64,000 nt of DNA from Marsupella aquatica (lineage: Eukaryota; Plantae; Marchantiophyta), in assembly GCA_973895155.1 (NCBI GenBank), contig OZ316892.1, positions 9,404,283 through 9,468,282 of the forward strand, in the 5' to 3' direction. Positions 13,686-25,320 of this stretch are shown here, one piece after another (the stretch's first letter is position 1; each line of letters opens with the position of its first letter). The position numbers were made by a program, and so were the translations under genes. The notes under the pieces were generated by a model. That model ran no database searches. It saw nothing but the letters and a program-made list of their open reading frames with translations, and was not told the DNA's origin.

Positions 13686-13866
13686 TTCGGACTTTCCCAT
13701 TCTCCTAGCATCGGACTTTCCCATTCTCTCACCATCGGACTTTCCCATTCTCCTAGCATCGGACTTTCCCATTCTCTCACCATCGGACTTTCCCATTCTC
13801 CTAGCATTGGACTTTCCCATTCTCCCACCATCGGACTTTCCCATTCTCCCACCATCGGACTTTCCG
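13686..13866 (-). repeat. 24-bp tandem repeat, right array, inverted relative to the left array
   Basis: About 7.5 units of CATCGGACTTTCCCATTCTCNNAN. Confidence 0.9.
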
Positions 13867-14045
13867 ATAGAAGTCCGATTGTCGATATCCGATACTATTA
13901 AAATGGCATGTTGCGATGCTAGTAGTATCGGATATATGGTTTTTCAAAATTTATTTTACAAAGGCATCCGATGTGGAGAGAATCGGAAAAAGGAGGTAAA
14001 ATGTACTAGTGAGACAATACAATAAAGCATTCACAATGAAATTAA

Positions 14046-14209
14046 TGTTGTAACCATTTACTCTAGACCATGGTTAACCCCTAACCCTATCCTGAAGGGG
14101 TAACATGGGTTAACACCAACCCCAACATGTAACCCTATGGTGACTATATAAGTCACACCCATAATGGAACACAACAGTGAGTTGCAAGTCTCTCCATTGT
14201 CACACAACA
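14046..14209 (+). repeat. Copia 5' LTR
   Basis: Direct repeat of 19665-19828. Confidence 0.97.
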
Positions 14210-14663
14210 CGTTATCAGCGCGATAGCATCTAAATTTTTTTTCAGTTTGGAGTTAAGGTAGGATAATTGGAGTACGGCTTTCAGACAAAGAAATTGACTT
14301 CCAATGTTGCGTTTTTAGCCCCACCACACATCAGTAACTGCCACCGATTCAAATCACACCATAATTTAAACTTCGGATCCTCTGAATAGTCCACGAATCC
14401 TTACGGAAAACACACAATCCGTATATAATTGATTAGTGACACTATCGGAGAGGCATGAATCACTTTGAAATAGTGTTTTCCCGTTCAAATTCGACTCAAT
14501 TTTTTTTATATCTTATTGTTCCGCCACGGAAATCCTGAGTTTCTTTTATCGCCAAGGAAAATCCCGTGGATAAAAAGGCACGAGTGATTGAAGTAATTGA
14601 GAACGACATAGATTTGATATTAATCAGAACGCGGACAGTGATTTGTTACAGATTTGAGATACT

Positions 14664-17504
14664 ATGGCCACCCTGGAGAAATTACACTTTCCAGCCCTAT
14701 TGGCAGATGGCAATAATTACTTAACCTGGTCAATAGATGTAGAGACCTACTTCGCATCAATACAACTAGAGGATACATTAATTACTGATGACAATTTAAC
14801 ATTGCAACAGAAGGCCAAAGCTGTATTTCTACTTAGACAGCATTTGACACCATCACTGAAGACACAATATATGAGTGATCTTAATCCCCGTCTATTATGG
14901 GACAAATTAAAAGCTCGATTTGACCATATGCGAGAGGTCTGGCTCCCAGAAGCCCGCAGGGATTGGTTTAATCTACGTGTCATGGATCATACTTCTATAG
15001 CAAATTATAATAGTTCTCTATTTCGTATTACATCTCAATTGGAGATGTGTGGCCACCCAGTTGCAGACTTAGACAAAATCGATAAAACGTTGAGTACTTT
15101 CCCAGAGGCCAACATCGCCTTGGGAACTCAATACAGGAATATGCAATTCACAACTTATTCTAACTTAATTGCACATCTCCTAGTAGAGGAGAAACAACAA
15201 ATTGTCTCTCTACAGAATGCAAGGAAACGACCACCAGGCACTGCACCAATACCACAGAAACCAGAAATTAATTACAATGCCCCAGAAGACCAACAACGAA
15301 ATATAAGAGGCCGGGGTACACAAAGAGGTGGATATAGAGGACGAGGTCGCAACTCAAATTATAGTGGAAGGGGAAATCAGTATGAAAATACCAGAGGTCG
15401 AGGCAGCAGAAGCCGTGGCCGGGGTAGAGGAAGAGGACGCGGCAGAGGTCACGCCCAATCATCTGACAACACACGAGAAGACCGAATGTATTATAGATGT
15501 GGAAAAATTGGCCACCTAAAGAAAGACTGCTGGGCTTCTGACCAAGCGGCTAAGAGGCACTCAGAAGCAAGAGCTAAGTTAAAGCAAAATCCAGATGGCA
15601 ACTATATGGAATTGGAAGAGGAGCTACCATCTTATCGAGAAGAAACTGATATGATAGACCAATCCAACGCTGAAGCTCATCTGGTGACAGCAGAGCCACC
15701 ATATCCCTCCTCCAACGATCCCAATTTAGGTATCATTGATAGTGGGACATCCCACACTATCCTAAAAGATAGGAGTTATTTCCAAGACATCACTCCATCT
15801 GCCAGGATAATGACAACCATATCAGGTACGAATAAGATTGAGGAAGGAACAGGAAAGGCTACTGTCAAATTTCCCCAAGGAACAGTCATTAACATCGAAG
15901 CAGCTATCTTTGCACCAAAAGCTACTCGAAATTTGATTAGCTTCAAAGACGTTGTTGCTAATAATTATCAACTCCGCACAGCAATGCTCCAGCAGAAACC
16001 TACTTTGCAAATAGTAGCCATGACCACAGATGGAATTCAAATCAAAGAGATACTACCTCTAATACCCCCGGGTTTATATGCAGCCCCAATAACAGCGAAC
16101 TATGCCACAGCAGAATCAAATAATCTTACATACCTCTGGCACTGTCGACTGGGGCACCCGGGAATAAATATGTATCGTCGCATCATCAATGACTCACGAG
16201 GAATCCCTAAAGGAGTGCGTCCATCTATAAATCATAAGCAATGTCTGGCATGTTCTCAGGGGAAGCTGAGTACACGCCCAGCTACACAAAAGACCATCTA
16301 TACTATCCCTAAATTCCTGGAACGTCTAAATGCTGATGTCTGCGGGCCAATACACCCTCCAAGTGGGCCTTTCAGATATTTTTTAGCCATTGTAGACTCT
16401 TCAACTAAATGGCTCCAAGTTTCATTAATTTCTACTCGTAACCTGGTCTTTGCCAGAATCTTAGCCAACTTATTAAAACTTCGAGTACAATTCCCAGATT
16501 GTCCAATTAAGAAATTGCGAGTGGACGGGGCAAGGGAATTTACCTCCAGAGCATTTGACGACTTCTGTATGACAGCGGGGATCGACATTGAATACTCAGT
16601 TCCTTACGTCCATTTCCAGAACGGCATAGCAGAGTCAGTCATAAAAAGGATTCAAATGATAACAAGGCCACTTCTATTGAACTCTAAACTACCACCTTCA
16701 GCATGGGGACACGCTGTCCTCCATGCAACAACTTTGCTTAAGTATCGGCCGTCAGCATTTAATACTAAAACCCCTCATCACCTTGCATTCGGTTTACCCC
16801 CTGATCTTTCACACATTAGAGTATTCGGATGTAAAGTGATGGTACCCATCCTTGGGCCACATCGATCCAAACTTGGCCCACAGAGAAGAGAAGGTATTTA
16901 TATTGGCCATGACTCCTCGTCTATTATCCGCTATCTGGAACCTAGCACAGCTGATGTATTTAAAGCAAGACACGCTGACTGCCATTTCTATGAGGAAATT
17001 TTCCCCTCATTACTTAAGGCGCCAACTACATCACACGACATAACACCAGTACAACTCAATTGGAATAGCAGAAATCTACTCAATCAAGATCCAAGAACTC
17101 AAAGTGCAGACGAGGAGGTAAGGCGCTTATTACATCTCCACGAAATGTTGGAAAAGATTCCTGACGCTTTCAATGATGCAGCAAATGTGACCAGATCACA
17201 TGTTGAAGCAGTCAATACCCCAGCTCGGATTCAGCTGCTGCCAACTCAAGCAAAGGAAACCTTACCTAAGGCGAAGAGAGGACGCCCACTAGGATCCACT
17301 GATTCTCGCCCTCGCCAGAGACGTGCACAAACGGTAAATACTGAAACCACATTTAATCTGGTCAGTATCGAACCAGAGAAAAAGAGGGCACCAGATAATG
17401 AAGAAATGTCTATTCAATACACACACAGGACACATTTATGCTCGATCAAACACAATAATAGACGAGCAGTTTGCTTATCATATAGCCCAATCCATCTCAA
17501 ATAA
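14664..17504 (+). CDS. Copia gag-protease-integrase
   Basis: 946 aa; knuckle YYRCGKIGHLKKDC (first Cys lost), protease IIDSGTS, WHCRLGHP, integrase D-D-E (RVDGAREF, QNGIAE). Confidence 0.95.
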   Translation: MATLEKLHFPALLADGNNYLTWSIDVETYFASIQLEDTLITDDNLTLQQKAKAVFLLRQHLTPSLKTQYMSDLNPRLLWDKLKARFDHMREVWLPEARRDWFNLRVMDHTSIANYNSSLFRITSQLEMCGHPVADLDKIDKTLSTFPEANIALGTQYRNMQFTTYSNLIAHLLVEEKQQIVSLQNARKRPPGTAPIPQKPEINYNAPEDQQRNIRGRGTQRGGYRGRGRNSNYSGRGNQYENTRGRGSRSRGRGRGRGRGRGHAQSSDNTREDRMYYRCGKIGHLKKDCWASDQAAKRHSEARAKLKQNPDGNYMELEEELPSYREETDMIDQSNAEAHLVTAEPPYPSSNDPNLGIIDSGTSHTILKDRSYFQDITPSARIMTTISGTNKIEEGTGKATVKFPQGTVINIEAAIFAPKATRNLISFKDVVANNYQLRTAMLQQKPTLQIVAMTTDGIQIKEILPLIPPGLYAAPITANYATAESNNLTYLWHCRLGHPGINMYRRIINDSRGIPKGVRPSINHKQCLACSQGKLSTRPATQKTIYTIPKFLERLNADVCGPIHPPSGPFRYFLAIVDSSTKWLQVSLISTRNLVFARILANLLKLRVQFPDCPIKKLRVDGAREFTSRAFDDFCMTAGIDIEYSVPYVHFQNGIAESVIKRIQMITRPLLLNSKLPPSAWGHAVLHATTLLKYRPSAFNTKTPHHLAFGLPPDLSHIRVFGCKVMVPILGPHRSKLGPQRREGIYIGHDSSSIIRYLEPSTADVFKARHADCHFYEEIFPSLLKAPTTSHDITPVQLNWNSRNLLNQDPRTQSADEEVRRLLHLHEMLEKIPDAFNDAANVTRSHVEAVNTPARIQLLPTQAKETLPKAKRGRPLGSTDSRPRQRRAQTVNTETTFNLVSIEPEKKRAPDNEEMSIQYTHRTHLCSIKHNNRRAVCLSYSPIHLK

Positions 17505-19302
17505 TACACCTGATCCCTATACAATCAAAGAAGCACAGAAAAGGCCCGATTGGCCACAGTGGAGAGAGGCTATCAATACAGAAATGGACGCATTAATCAA
17601 AAGACAAGTATTCGGCCCAGTTAAGGTTGTACAACCAAAGAATGACTATACAGATAGTCGTTTTATATTCGTTAGAAAACGCAATGCCCAAGGAGATGTC
17701 ATAAGATATCGAGCAAGGCTTGTAGCGAAAGGCTACACCCAAATCCCTAGAAGAGATTACGATTTAACCTATTCGCCAGTTATGGATGTAACTACCTTTA
17801 GGTACTTAATATCTTTTTCAAGAAAGCATAAACTCAAAAACATACTCATGGACGTGGTAACTGCGTACCTATATGGAGTCTTAGACTCCGAAATATATAT
17901 GAAAGCTCCAAAGGAATTGCTCGAAAGAGTGGTAGAGCACATCCAGGGGAAGAATATACATACCCTAAGTCAGGACATGAAGTCGGGACTTCGACAGATT
18001 GTCCCTGATGATGACATTAAAGGCCTAGTGTTGAGCAGTGGCAACACACTCAAAGAACCACTCCAGTACCCAGGTAAATATGGGACTGGACAGCAGGCAT
18101 TTGCTGTGCAAGTCCTTAAATCAATAAACGGACTGAAACAGAGCGGACGCATCTGGTATCAGACATTCAAAACTAAGATGCAGACTCTTGGCTTTATAAA
18201 TGACGACCTCGCCCCTTGCATTTTTATAAAACACCTAGCACCTGAGTTCGTGATATTAGCACTATATGTTGATGACGTCAATCTGTTCGGCACCCCCAAG
18301 CTATTAAAGCAGACTATTAATACAATGAAGGGCATCTTCGAAATGAAAGAACTGGGAGAACCGACGTATTGCCTCGGTCTACAGTTCGACCACCTGCCAC
18401 AAGGTATGTTTATTAGTCAATCAACTTACACAAAGAAAATTCTTCGACAGTTTAACATGCAGAATGCTTACTCAGTCTCGACTCCCATGGAGATGCGATC
18501 CCTGGACACCACTAAAGATATGTTTAGAAGGAGACAAGAAAATGAACCACTTCTTGATGCAGACAAGCCTTATTTATCTGCAATCGGAGCTCTCCTCTAT
18601 CTGGCGAACAACACCCGTCCCGACATTTCATTTGCAGTGAGTCTCTTGGCACGACATAGCGCCCAACCTACTATTCGCCACTGGAACGGCATCAAACGAC
18701 TATTTTGTTATCTTCAAGGCTCCATGGATATGGGCCTGTATTTCGCCAATGATAACCCGGATGAACTGCAAGGATACGCGGACGCTGGATATCTATCCGA
18801 TCCGCATGACTCGAAATCTCAGACTGGTTATGTCTTCTTGCAAGGCAACACAGCAATATCATGGCGCAGTACAAAACAAACCTTGACTACCACATCGTCC
18901 AATCATTCAGAAGTAATAGCTCTTTACGAAGCAACAAGAGAAGCGCTATGGCTTCGAAACATCATAAACCACATCCGCAAGAATACTGGTAAGCCACTAC
19001 TCACCAAACCGACGATTATCCATGAAGATAACAAAGCTTGCGTGGACCAAATCAATGCAGGATATATGAAGACAGACCGCACGAAGCATATCGACCCAAA
19101 ATTTTTCTTTACCCATGAACAGATAGGGCAGCACATCAATGTGCACTGGAAGAGCTCCCAGGAGAACTGTGCTGATCTATTCACGAAGCCATTACCCGCC
19201 AGCCTCCATCGAAAGCACGTAGCAGCGATCGGCATGACAAGATTGTCGACATTGCGCCCGCCCGTCGACACACAAACGAGAGAAACTCCACAGTTTGAAT
19301 GA
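17398..19302 (+). CDS. Copia reverse transcriptase-RNase H, frameshifted from the upstream ORF at an (AC)n tract near 17419-17427
   Basis: YRARLVAKG, LYVDD, GYADAGY, IHEDNKAC, ADLFTK. Confidence 0.95.
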   Translation: MKKCLFNTHTGHIYARSNTIIDEQFAYHIAQSISNNTPDPYTIKEAQKRPDWPQWREAINTEMDALIKRQVFGPVKVVQPKNDYTDSRFIFVRKRNAQGDVIRYRARLVAKGYTQIPRRDYDLTYSPVMDVTTFRYLISFSRKHKLKNILMDVVTAYLYGVLDSEIYMKAPKELLERVVEHIQGKNIHTLSQDMKSGLRQIVPDDDIKGLVLSSGNTLKEPLQYPGKYGTGQQAFAVQVLKSINGLKQSGRIWYQTFKTKMQTLGFINDDLAPCIFIKHLAPEFVILALYVDDVNLFGTPKLLKQTINTMKGIFEMKELGEPTYCLGLQFDHLPQGMFISQSTYTKKILRQFNMQNAYSVSTPMEMRSLDTTKDMFRRRQENEPLLDADKPYLSAIGALLYLANNTRPDISFAVSLLARHSAQPTIRHWNGIKRLFCYLQGSMDMGLYFANDNPDELQGYADAGYLSDPHDSKSQTGYVFLQGNTAISWRSTKQTLTTTSSNHSEVIALYEATREALWLRNIINHIRKNTGKPLLTKPTIIHEDNKACVDQINAGYMKTDRTKHIDPKFFFTHEQIGQHINVHWKSSQENCADLFTKPLPASLHRKHVAAIGMTRLSTLRPPVDTQTRETPQFE

Positions 19303-19664
19303 GCAGCTCGAGCCGACAGACGACAGCCGACTCGACGACGATGCAACCTAAAACTTTCATTCCTGTATACATAGACAGAATACGATTTCTCATACCAATA
19401 CAAGATAGAATAATTATTATCGTAAACACCCCATTTAAACTAAAGGGAAGTAGTTTTAGTAATAGGGGACCCAAATTAAACTTTACATTTGGACAAATTA
19501 TAAGGTAGACTCACCTTAGTGCAAATTTAAGAAAATCCTACTAATGGTGGCTAGAACCCTTTTTCCTTATGAAGAAAGCAGAAGGTTTTAATGGGGCAGC
19601 ACCAAAAATAAACATAGGGTTAGTAGTGTGGTGATTTTATACCCCTAAACTCTCCAAGGGGAAG

Positions 19665-19828
19665 TGTTGTAACCATTTACTCTAGACCATGGTTAACCCC
19701 TAACCCTATCCTGAAGGGGTAACATGGGTTAACACCAACCCCAACATGTAACCCTATGGTGACTATATAAGTCACACCCATAATGGAACACAACAGTGAG
19801 TTGCAAGTCTCTCCATTGTCACACAACA
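19665..19828 (+). repeat. Copia 3' LTR
   Basis: Direct repeat of 14046-14209, preceded by PPT. Confidence 0.97.
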
Positions 19829-19945
19829 ATTAACTCCAAATATAGTAGTGCTCGAAACATATTATTAACAATATAAAAAGAACATGTCATTACAAAACAT
19901 ACGTTCACATACGATGAACATATAATACATGTCCCTAAAGTAATC

Positions 19946-20761
19946 CTAATCCCATTCATAATGTGTAAACAACTCCTCTCCAGCCAAAATGGTCCTATTA
20001 GCTACAACTAGACAATGGTCATGATGATATCTCTGCCCATAAGGGGCTGGAGGGGGACCATCAACAAAAACCCATTCACAGTTTTTCCTACACTTAGGCC
20101 GGGTCCCCACAGTACTGTTGATGAAACCGGCAATATTCCCACTACGGATGGGATCACCATCAATTATACGCTGGTCACAATACTTTCTGGTGCAACCATC
20201 AAAAGTATCCATGTCCAATGCATAGGTCTTCCACTCAGGGTGTTGAACAAGGATCATGTTCCAATGTCTCCTCTTGTAAATGGGTCCACCATACGGGAAC
20301 AACGTTGGTCCATCCGAAGAGCGCCCTTTTCCACCCATATCATCCACAATAATGTCCTGACAAGAGAAAATCCCATACCCATGCCTCTCCCCTAGGGTTG
20401 AACTCTTGACAACCCAATGTCTTCCCCAAATTTCTATCTCCTCACCATAGGTTATATCACATGGCAAACCAAGGCACTCCGGATTCCAATCCTTTATGAT
20501 AGGAACACACTTCCCTGTGAAGGTACAAGGGCCCCATCTACCATCAACCCTACAAGTGTACTGATCCACTTCCCCTCTAGGCTGTCTTTTTGACTTTTTT
20601 TTCCCTCTTGTAACAATACCGTCACCCTGAATTGTCCCAACACTACCTTGCCCTGCTGCCACTAAACGAAAAGCTTGTGAAAGTGCCGAGCCTATAGCAT
20701 CTAGAACTCCTTGTGAGGGAACATAGGGTGTTGGTGTAGTGGGTGTAGGCCTACTAGATAC
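19946..20761 (-). CDS. SET-domain exon of CACTA A (open frame)
   Basis: GYGIFSCQDI, IAGFINST, RTILAGEELFTHY; homologous to 6171-6851 (EIWG.W.VK.S, LFPY.G, IDGDP.R); phase-0 acceptor TTCCTATAG|GTA at 20762. Confidence 0.87.
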   Translation of the reverse strand, partial: VSSRPTPTTPTPYVPSQGVLDAIGSALSQAFRLVAAGQGSVGTIQGDGIVTRGKKKSKRQPRGEVDQYTCRVDGRWGPCTFTGKCVPIIKDWNPECLGLPCDITYGEEIEIWGRHWVVKSSTLGERHGYGIFSCQDIIVDDMGGKGRSSDGPTLFPYGGPIYKRRHWNMILVQHPEWKTYALDMDTFDGCTRKYCDQRIIDGDPIRSGNIAGFINSTVGTRPKCRKNCEWVFVDGPPPAPYGQRYHHDHCLVVANRTILAGEELFTHYEWD

Positions 20762-21184
20762 CTATAGGAAGAAATGGAACCAAGTGAGTGTGATGAACCT
20801 CCCAAATTTTATTTTATGCTACCTACACTAGAAGAAAACAGGGCCCTTTATGACCAATCACCCAATGACGGAGATGAATAAATGACCAAAATTTCTAATG
20901 ACACAAAAAGAATGACAGGGGAATGACTGTCCACAATGACCAATAGACCAAAATGACAAAATGTTAACTTTTGCGTCATTTTGTATAATGTTTGTAATGA
21001 CTGATGTGACCAAAATGACCCAATTTCCTTAAATGGTCAATTTAGATACATGTCCTAAATGACACAATTAATAACAACAATGATAAATCAGTGTTTAGCA
21101 ACATTATAGTCACTCTGGACAACGGTGATAAATGACAAAAAATGTATTACCGTCATTTTAACCAACGGTGTTAAATGACGGTAA

Positions 21185-21780
21185 TATAGGGTCAATCTGA
21201 AAATGAGAATATATCAGTGTTTACAACAATATATTGTCATTATGGATTTCACCCATAAATGACTAACTCTAGGGTCAATCTTGAAATTAGGACATATCAA
21301 TGTTTACAAGAACATACCGTCATTATGGACTTCTCTCATAAATGACTAACTCTAGGGTCAACCTTAAAATTAGGACATATCAATGTTTACAAGAACATAC
21401 CGTCATTATGGACTTCTCTCATAAATGACTAACTCCAGAGTCAATCTTGAAATTATGATATATCAGTGTTTACAAGAACACACCGTCATTATGGACTTCT
21501 CTCATAAATGACTAACTCCAGAGTCAATCTTGAAATTATGATATATCAGTGTTTACAAGAACATACCGTCATTATGGACTTATCTCATAAATGACTAACT
21601 CTAGAGTCAATCTTGAAATTATGATATATCGGTGTTTACAACAACATATTGTCATTATGGACTTGTCGCATAAATGTCTAAATATAGGGTCAATCTAAAA
21701 ATCATGATATATCAATGTTTACAATAACATACAGTCATTATGGACTTATTGCATAAATGACTACTTATAGAGTCATTAAA
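21185..21780. repeat. 83-bp tandem array (about 7 copies), each with inverted GTCATT...AATGAC
   Basis: Unit marker AGRGTCAAYCTT recurs every 83 bp (about 21270, 21353, 21436, 21519, 21602, 21685). Confidence 0.9.
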
Positions 21781-21859
21781 GAACCCAAGAGATATGAAGA
21801 TTAAAATACTCAATAGTCATTCCAGACACCGGTCATAATTGTAGAGTCATTGATATAGT

Positions 21860-24800
21860 TGATAACCCTTCCACTAAGTGCGGGACACAATAGTCATCAT
21901 TGTCCTCCCATTGGTTACGGCATTAGCAATTTGAACACATGTCTTGCATTTACTTTAGGCATGATGCACCTAGCTTTGGGGAAATCACTCCCAAGTCATA
22001 CACCTTTGGAGTGATTTTCCATAAGTGTCACCATATATAGATGCACGCATACTATCGTATCCAAAGGCAAATGAAACATTTTTGTCTCTCCAAGAAGTAG
22101 GGCAATACCAATGGAAGGTTGTCATCCTTTGTTGTAATTGTGTCATGTTTGTGCCGGTGTTTGGATGGGGAATATTTTAATTTGCAAATAAATAGTGATG
22201 GGGCATTCAAGGAGCTAGTGTAATCTTTATTGGGTCATTTCAAAAAACATTTGCATCATAAATACCAATGACTACAAGTAGAGTCATTAAATTTGTCATA
22301 TGGACTGTGATATAAGTCAAGTGACTGGACTTGTGGTCATTTGTGTGGTCCCTCATGCAGTCATTAAACACAAGCACAAATGACCAGTTTGGGGCTAGGG
22401 GCTGGAGGTGGGCCCTAGAGTGCCATGGGGCCCCACATAGAGGTGAGAACCCCTCCACTGGGTGTGGGACACTATACTCATCATTGTCCAACCACTAGTT
22501 GCGACAAAAACACTTTGGACACATGTTTTTGCGTTTACTTAAGACATGATGCACCTTTGGGGAAATCACTCCCAAGTCGTACGACTTTGGAGTGATTTGC
22601 CAAAAGTGTCACCATGCATGCATACCATCACATCCAAAGGCAAAAAAAAGTTGTTTTTTGGTTCTCCAAGAGGTAGTGTTGCACCAATTGAATGGGCAGG
22701 GGAGTTGTGCTTCTCAGTATGGTGTGGGTGCGGGATTAGGGAAGAGGAATATTCCAATCTTGCAAGGAATCTAAAGTTGGCTCTCTTTGAAGGTACTAGG
22801 GTCTTTATTGGGTCATATGTGAGCAATGGCCCATCATTAATACCAATGACTAAAAGTAGGGTCATTAAAACTGTCATATAGAGAGTCATATCAGTCTAAT
22901 GACTGGATTTGTGGTCATTTGAGGGGTCCCTCCTGCAATAATTAAGGAAAAGCACAAATGACCAGTTTGGGGTTAGGGGCTGGAGGTGGGCCCTAAAGTG
23001 CCATGTGGCACCACATAGAGCTCGCAACCCCTCCACTAGGTGTCAAATACTATAATTACTATTCTCCAACCACTAGTTGCACCATTAGCAGTTTGGAGCC
23101 ATGTTTTTGTGTTTACTTAAGGAATGATATAATCTTGGGGAAATCACTCCCAAGTCATACGACTTTGGAGTGATTTGCCAAAAGTGTCACCATTGATGCA
23201 TACCGTCCTATCTAAAAGGAAATGAAGCCATTTTTTTTGTCTCTACAAGAAGTAGTGCAAGGCTGTTGTCCTTCCATGTAATTGTGTTATGTTTGTGCCG
23301 GTGTTTGGATGGGGAATATTCTATTTTGCAAATGAATAGTGATGGGGCACTCAAGAAGGTAGTGTAATCTTCATTGACTCATTTCTGAAAAAATTGGTGT
23401 CATAAATACCAATGACTACAAGTAGGGTCATTAAATCTATCATATGGGCTGTCACATAAGTCAAATGACTGGATTTGTGGTCATTTGAGGGGTCCTTTGT
23501 GCAATCATTAAGCAGAAGCACAAATGACCAGTTTGGGGTTAGGGGCTGGAGGTGGGCCCTAGAGTGCCATGGGGCCCCACATAGAGCTGAGAACCCCCTC
23601 CACTAGTTGCGGGACACTATACTCATCATTGTCCAACCACTAGTTGTGCCATGAACACTTTGGACACATGTTTTTGTGTTTACTTAAGGCATGATGCACC
23701 TTGGGGAAATCACTCCAAAGTCATACAACTTTGGAGTGATTTGTCAAAAGTGTCACCATGGATGCATACCACCGTATCCAAGCGCAAATGGAGCCATTTT
23801 TTGTCTCTCCAAGAAGTAGCGCAACACCAATGGAAGGTTGTCATCTTGTGATGTAATTGTGTCGTGTTTGTGCCGGTGTTTGGATGGGGAATACTCCATT
23901 TTGCATATGAATAGTGTCGGGGCATTGTGAGTAGGTGTTGTAATCTTCATTGGGTCATTTTGGAGGAATAGTGTGTCATAATGCCAAAGACTACAGTAAG
24001 GGTCATTTTTGCAGTCATTTTGGAAGTCATTTGTGCACAATGACTGCATATGGGGTCATTATAGAGGTCCCTCATGGTGTCATTATGGACCATCAGAAAT
24101 GACCATTTTGAGTCTAGGAGCTTAAGGTGGCCCTAGTGTGCCATGGGGCCCTACATGAAGGTGGCAACCTCTCCACTAGGTGTAGGGTACTATACCCACT
24201 ATTCTCCAACCACTAGTTGCACCATGAACACTTTGGAGCCATGTTTTTGCATTTTGTTAAGGCATGATGGAACCTTGGGGAAATTACTCCCAAGGCATAC
24301 GGCTTTGGAGTGATTTGCCAAAAGTGTCACCATGGATGTATACCACCACATTCAAAGTTAAATAATAGTTGATTTCTTGTTCTCTAAGAGTAAGCACAAA
24401 ACCAGTGGAAAGTTGTTGTCCTTCAATTTAACTATGTCATGTTTGTGCTGGCGTTTGGGTGAGGAATATTCTATTAAATTGCTAAGGATTTGCCAGGGGC
24501 CACTCCGATAGGTAGTGTAATCTTCACTGGGTCATTTTGGAGGAATGGTGTGTCATTAAAGCCAATGACTACCATATGGTCATTTTGGCAGTCATTTGGA
24601 CCAAAGACTGCATACCTGGTCATTACAGAGGTCCCTCATGCTGTCATTAGGGACCAACCTAAATGACCAGTTTGGGGATAAGGGCTGGAAGTGGGCCCTA
24701 GACTGCCATGGGGCCCTACATGGAGCTGGCAACCTTTCCAATAGGTGCGGGACACTATACTTACTATTCTCCAACCACTAGTTGCACTATGAGCACTTTG

Positions 24801-25320
24801 GAGCCATGTTTTCACAATTACTTAAGGGATGATGCAACCTTGGGGAAATCACTCCCAAGTCATACAACATTGGAGTGATTTTCCAAAAGCACCATCATGG
24901 ATGAATATGTTATGTTCCAAAGGCAAATGGAGCCATTTGTTTGTTCCTCCAAGAGGTAGTGCAACACCAATGGAATGGGCGTGGTAGTGGTGCTTCCCTC
25001 TATGGTGTGTGTGCTGGTTAAAGGTATAGGAATATTCTATTTTTGCAATGAACCTAGAGTGGGCTCTCTCGGGAGGTACTAGGACCTTCATTGGGTCATT
25101 TTTGCACAAAGTTGTGTCATAAGTTCCAATGACCACAAATAGGGTCATTACATATGTCATATGGACTGTCACATAAGTCAAATGACTGGATTTGTGGTCA
25201 TTTGAGGTGTCCCTAGTGCAGTCATTGAAGACAAGCATAAATGACCAATTTGGGGCTAAGGGCTGAAGGTGGGCCCTAGAGTGCCATGTGGCCCACATAG
25301 AGCTCGCAACCCCTCCACTA
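21860..25320. repeat. About 570-580-bp tandem array (about 6 diverged copies)
   Basis: GGGGAAATCACTCCCAAGTCATAC-like marker at about 21978, 22559, 23137, 23703, 24277, 24842. Confidence 0.9.

Larger units (their letters stand above)
12330..14011. mobile_element. Non-autonomous CACTA deletion derivative, copy 1 (1682 bp)
   Basis: TIRs CACTAGTACAT / ATGTACTAGTG, TSD AGA, 24-bp subterminal repeats, degenerate transposase fragment about 12900-13170 (LLLDDVF). Confidence 0.95.
14046..19828 (+). mobile_element. Full-length Ty1/copia LTR retrotransposon, Bianca-like
   Basis: 164-bp LTRs 14046-14209 and 19665-19828 (TG..CA, identical by eye), TSD ATTAA, PBS CGTTATCAGCGCGA, PPT AAGGGGAAG; integrase motif GPIHPPSGPFRYF. 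Confidence 0.97.
1..20825 (-). mobile_element. Outer CACTA/En-Spm element A (degenerate, both termini not seen, split by four insertions)
   Basis: Transposase fragments at 1-2093 rejoin 11945-12322 across TSD TCT (...GACLN|RLSAILALMNLQAKH); a SET exon at 19946-20761 repeats the layout of element B. Confidence 0.85.

Noticed and set aside
12660-13866. 24-bp repeat arrays as a CRISPR array or repeat protein (MGKSDAGS/WESPM ORFs; also 56840-58040)
   Set aside because: Head-to-tail units without unique spacers, no cas genes, open in several frames; they are CACTA subterminal repeats
14126-14160. Hairpin GTGACT-ATATA-AGTCAC around the copia LTR TATA-like box as an ncRNA
   Set aside because: Short stem within an LTR promoter; no support for a separate RNA
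17398-17504. Programmed frameshift between copia integrase and RT
   Set aside because: Adding one AC unit to the (AC)n tract restores MSIQYTHTGHIY; better explained by microsatellite slippage or assembly error
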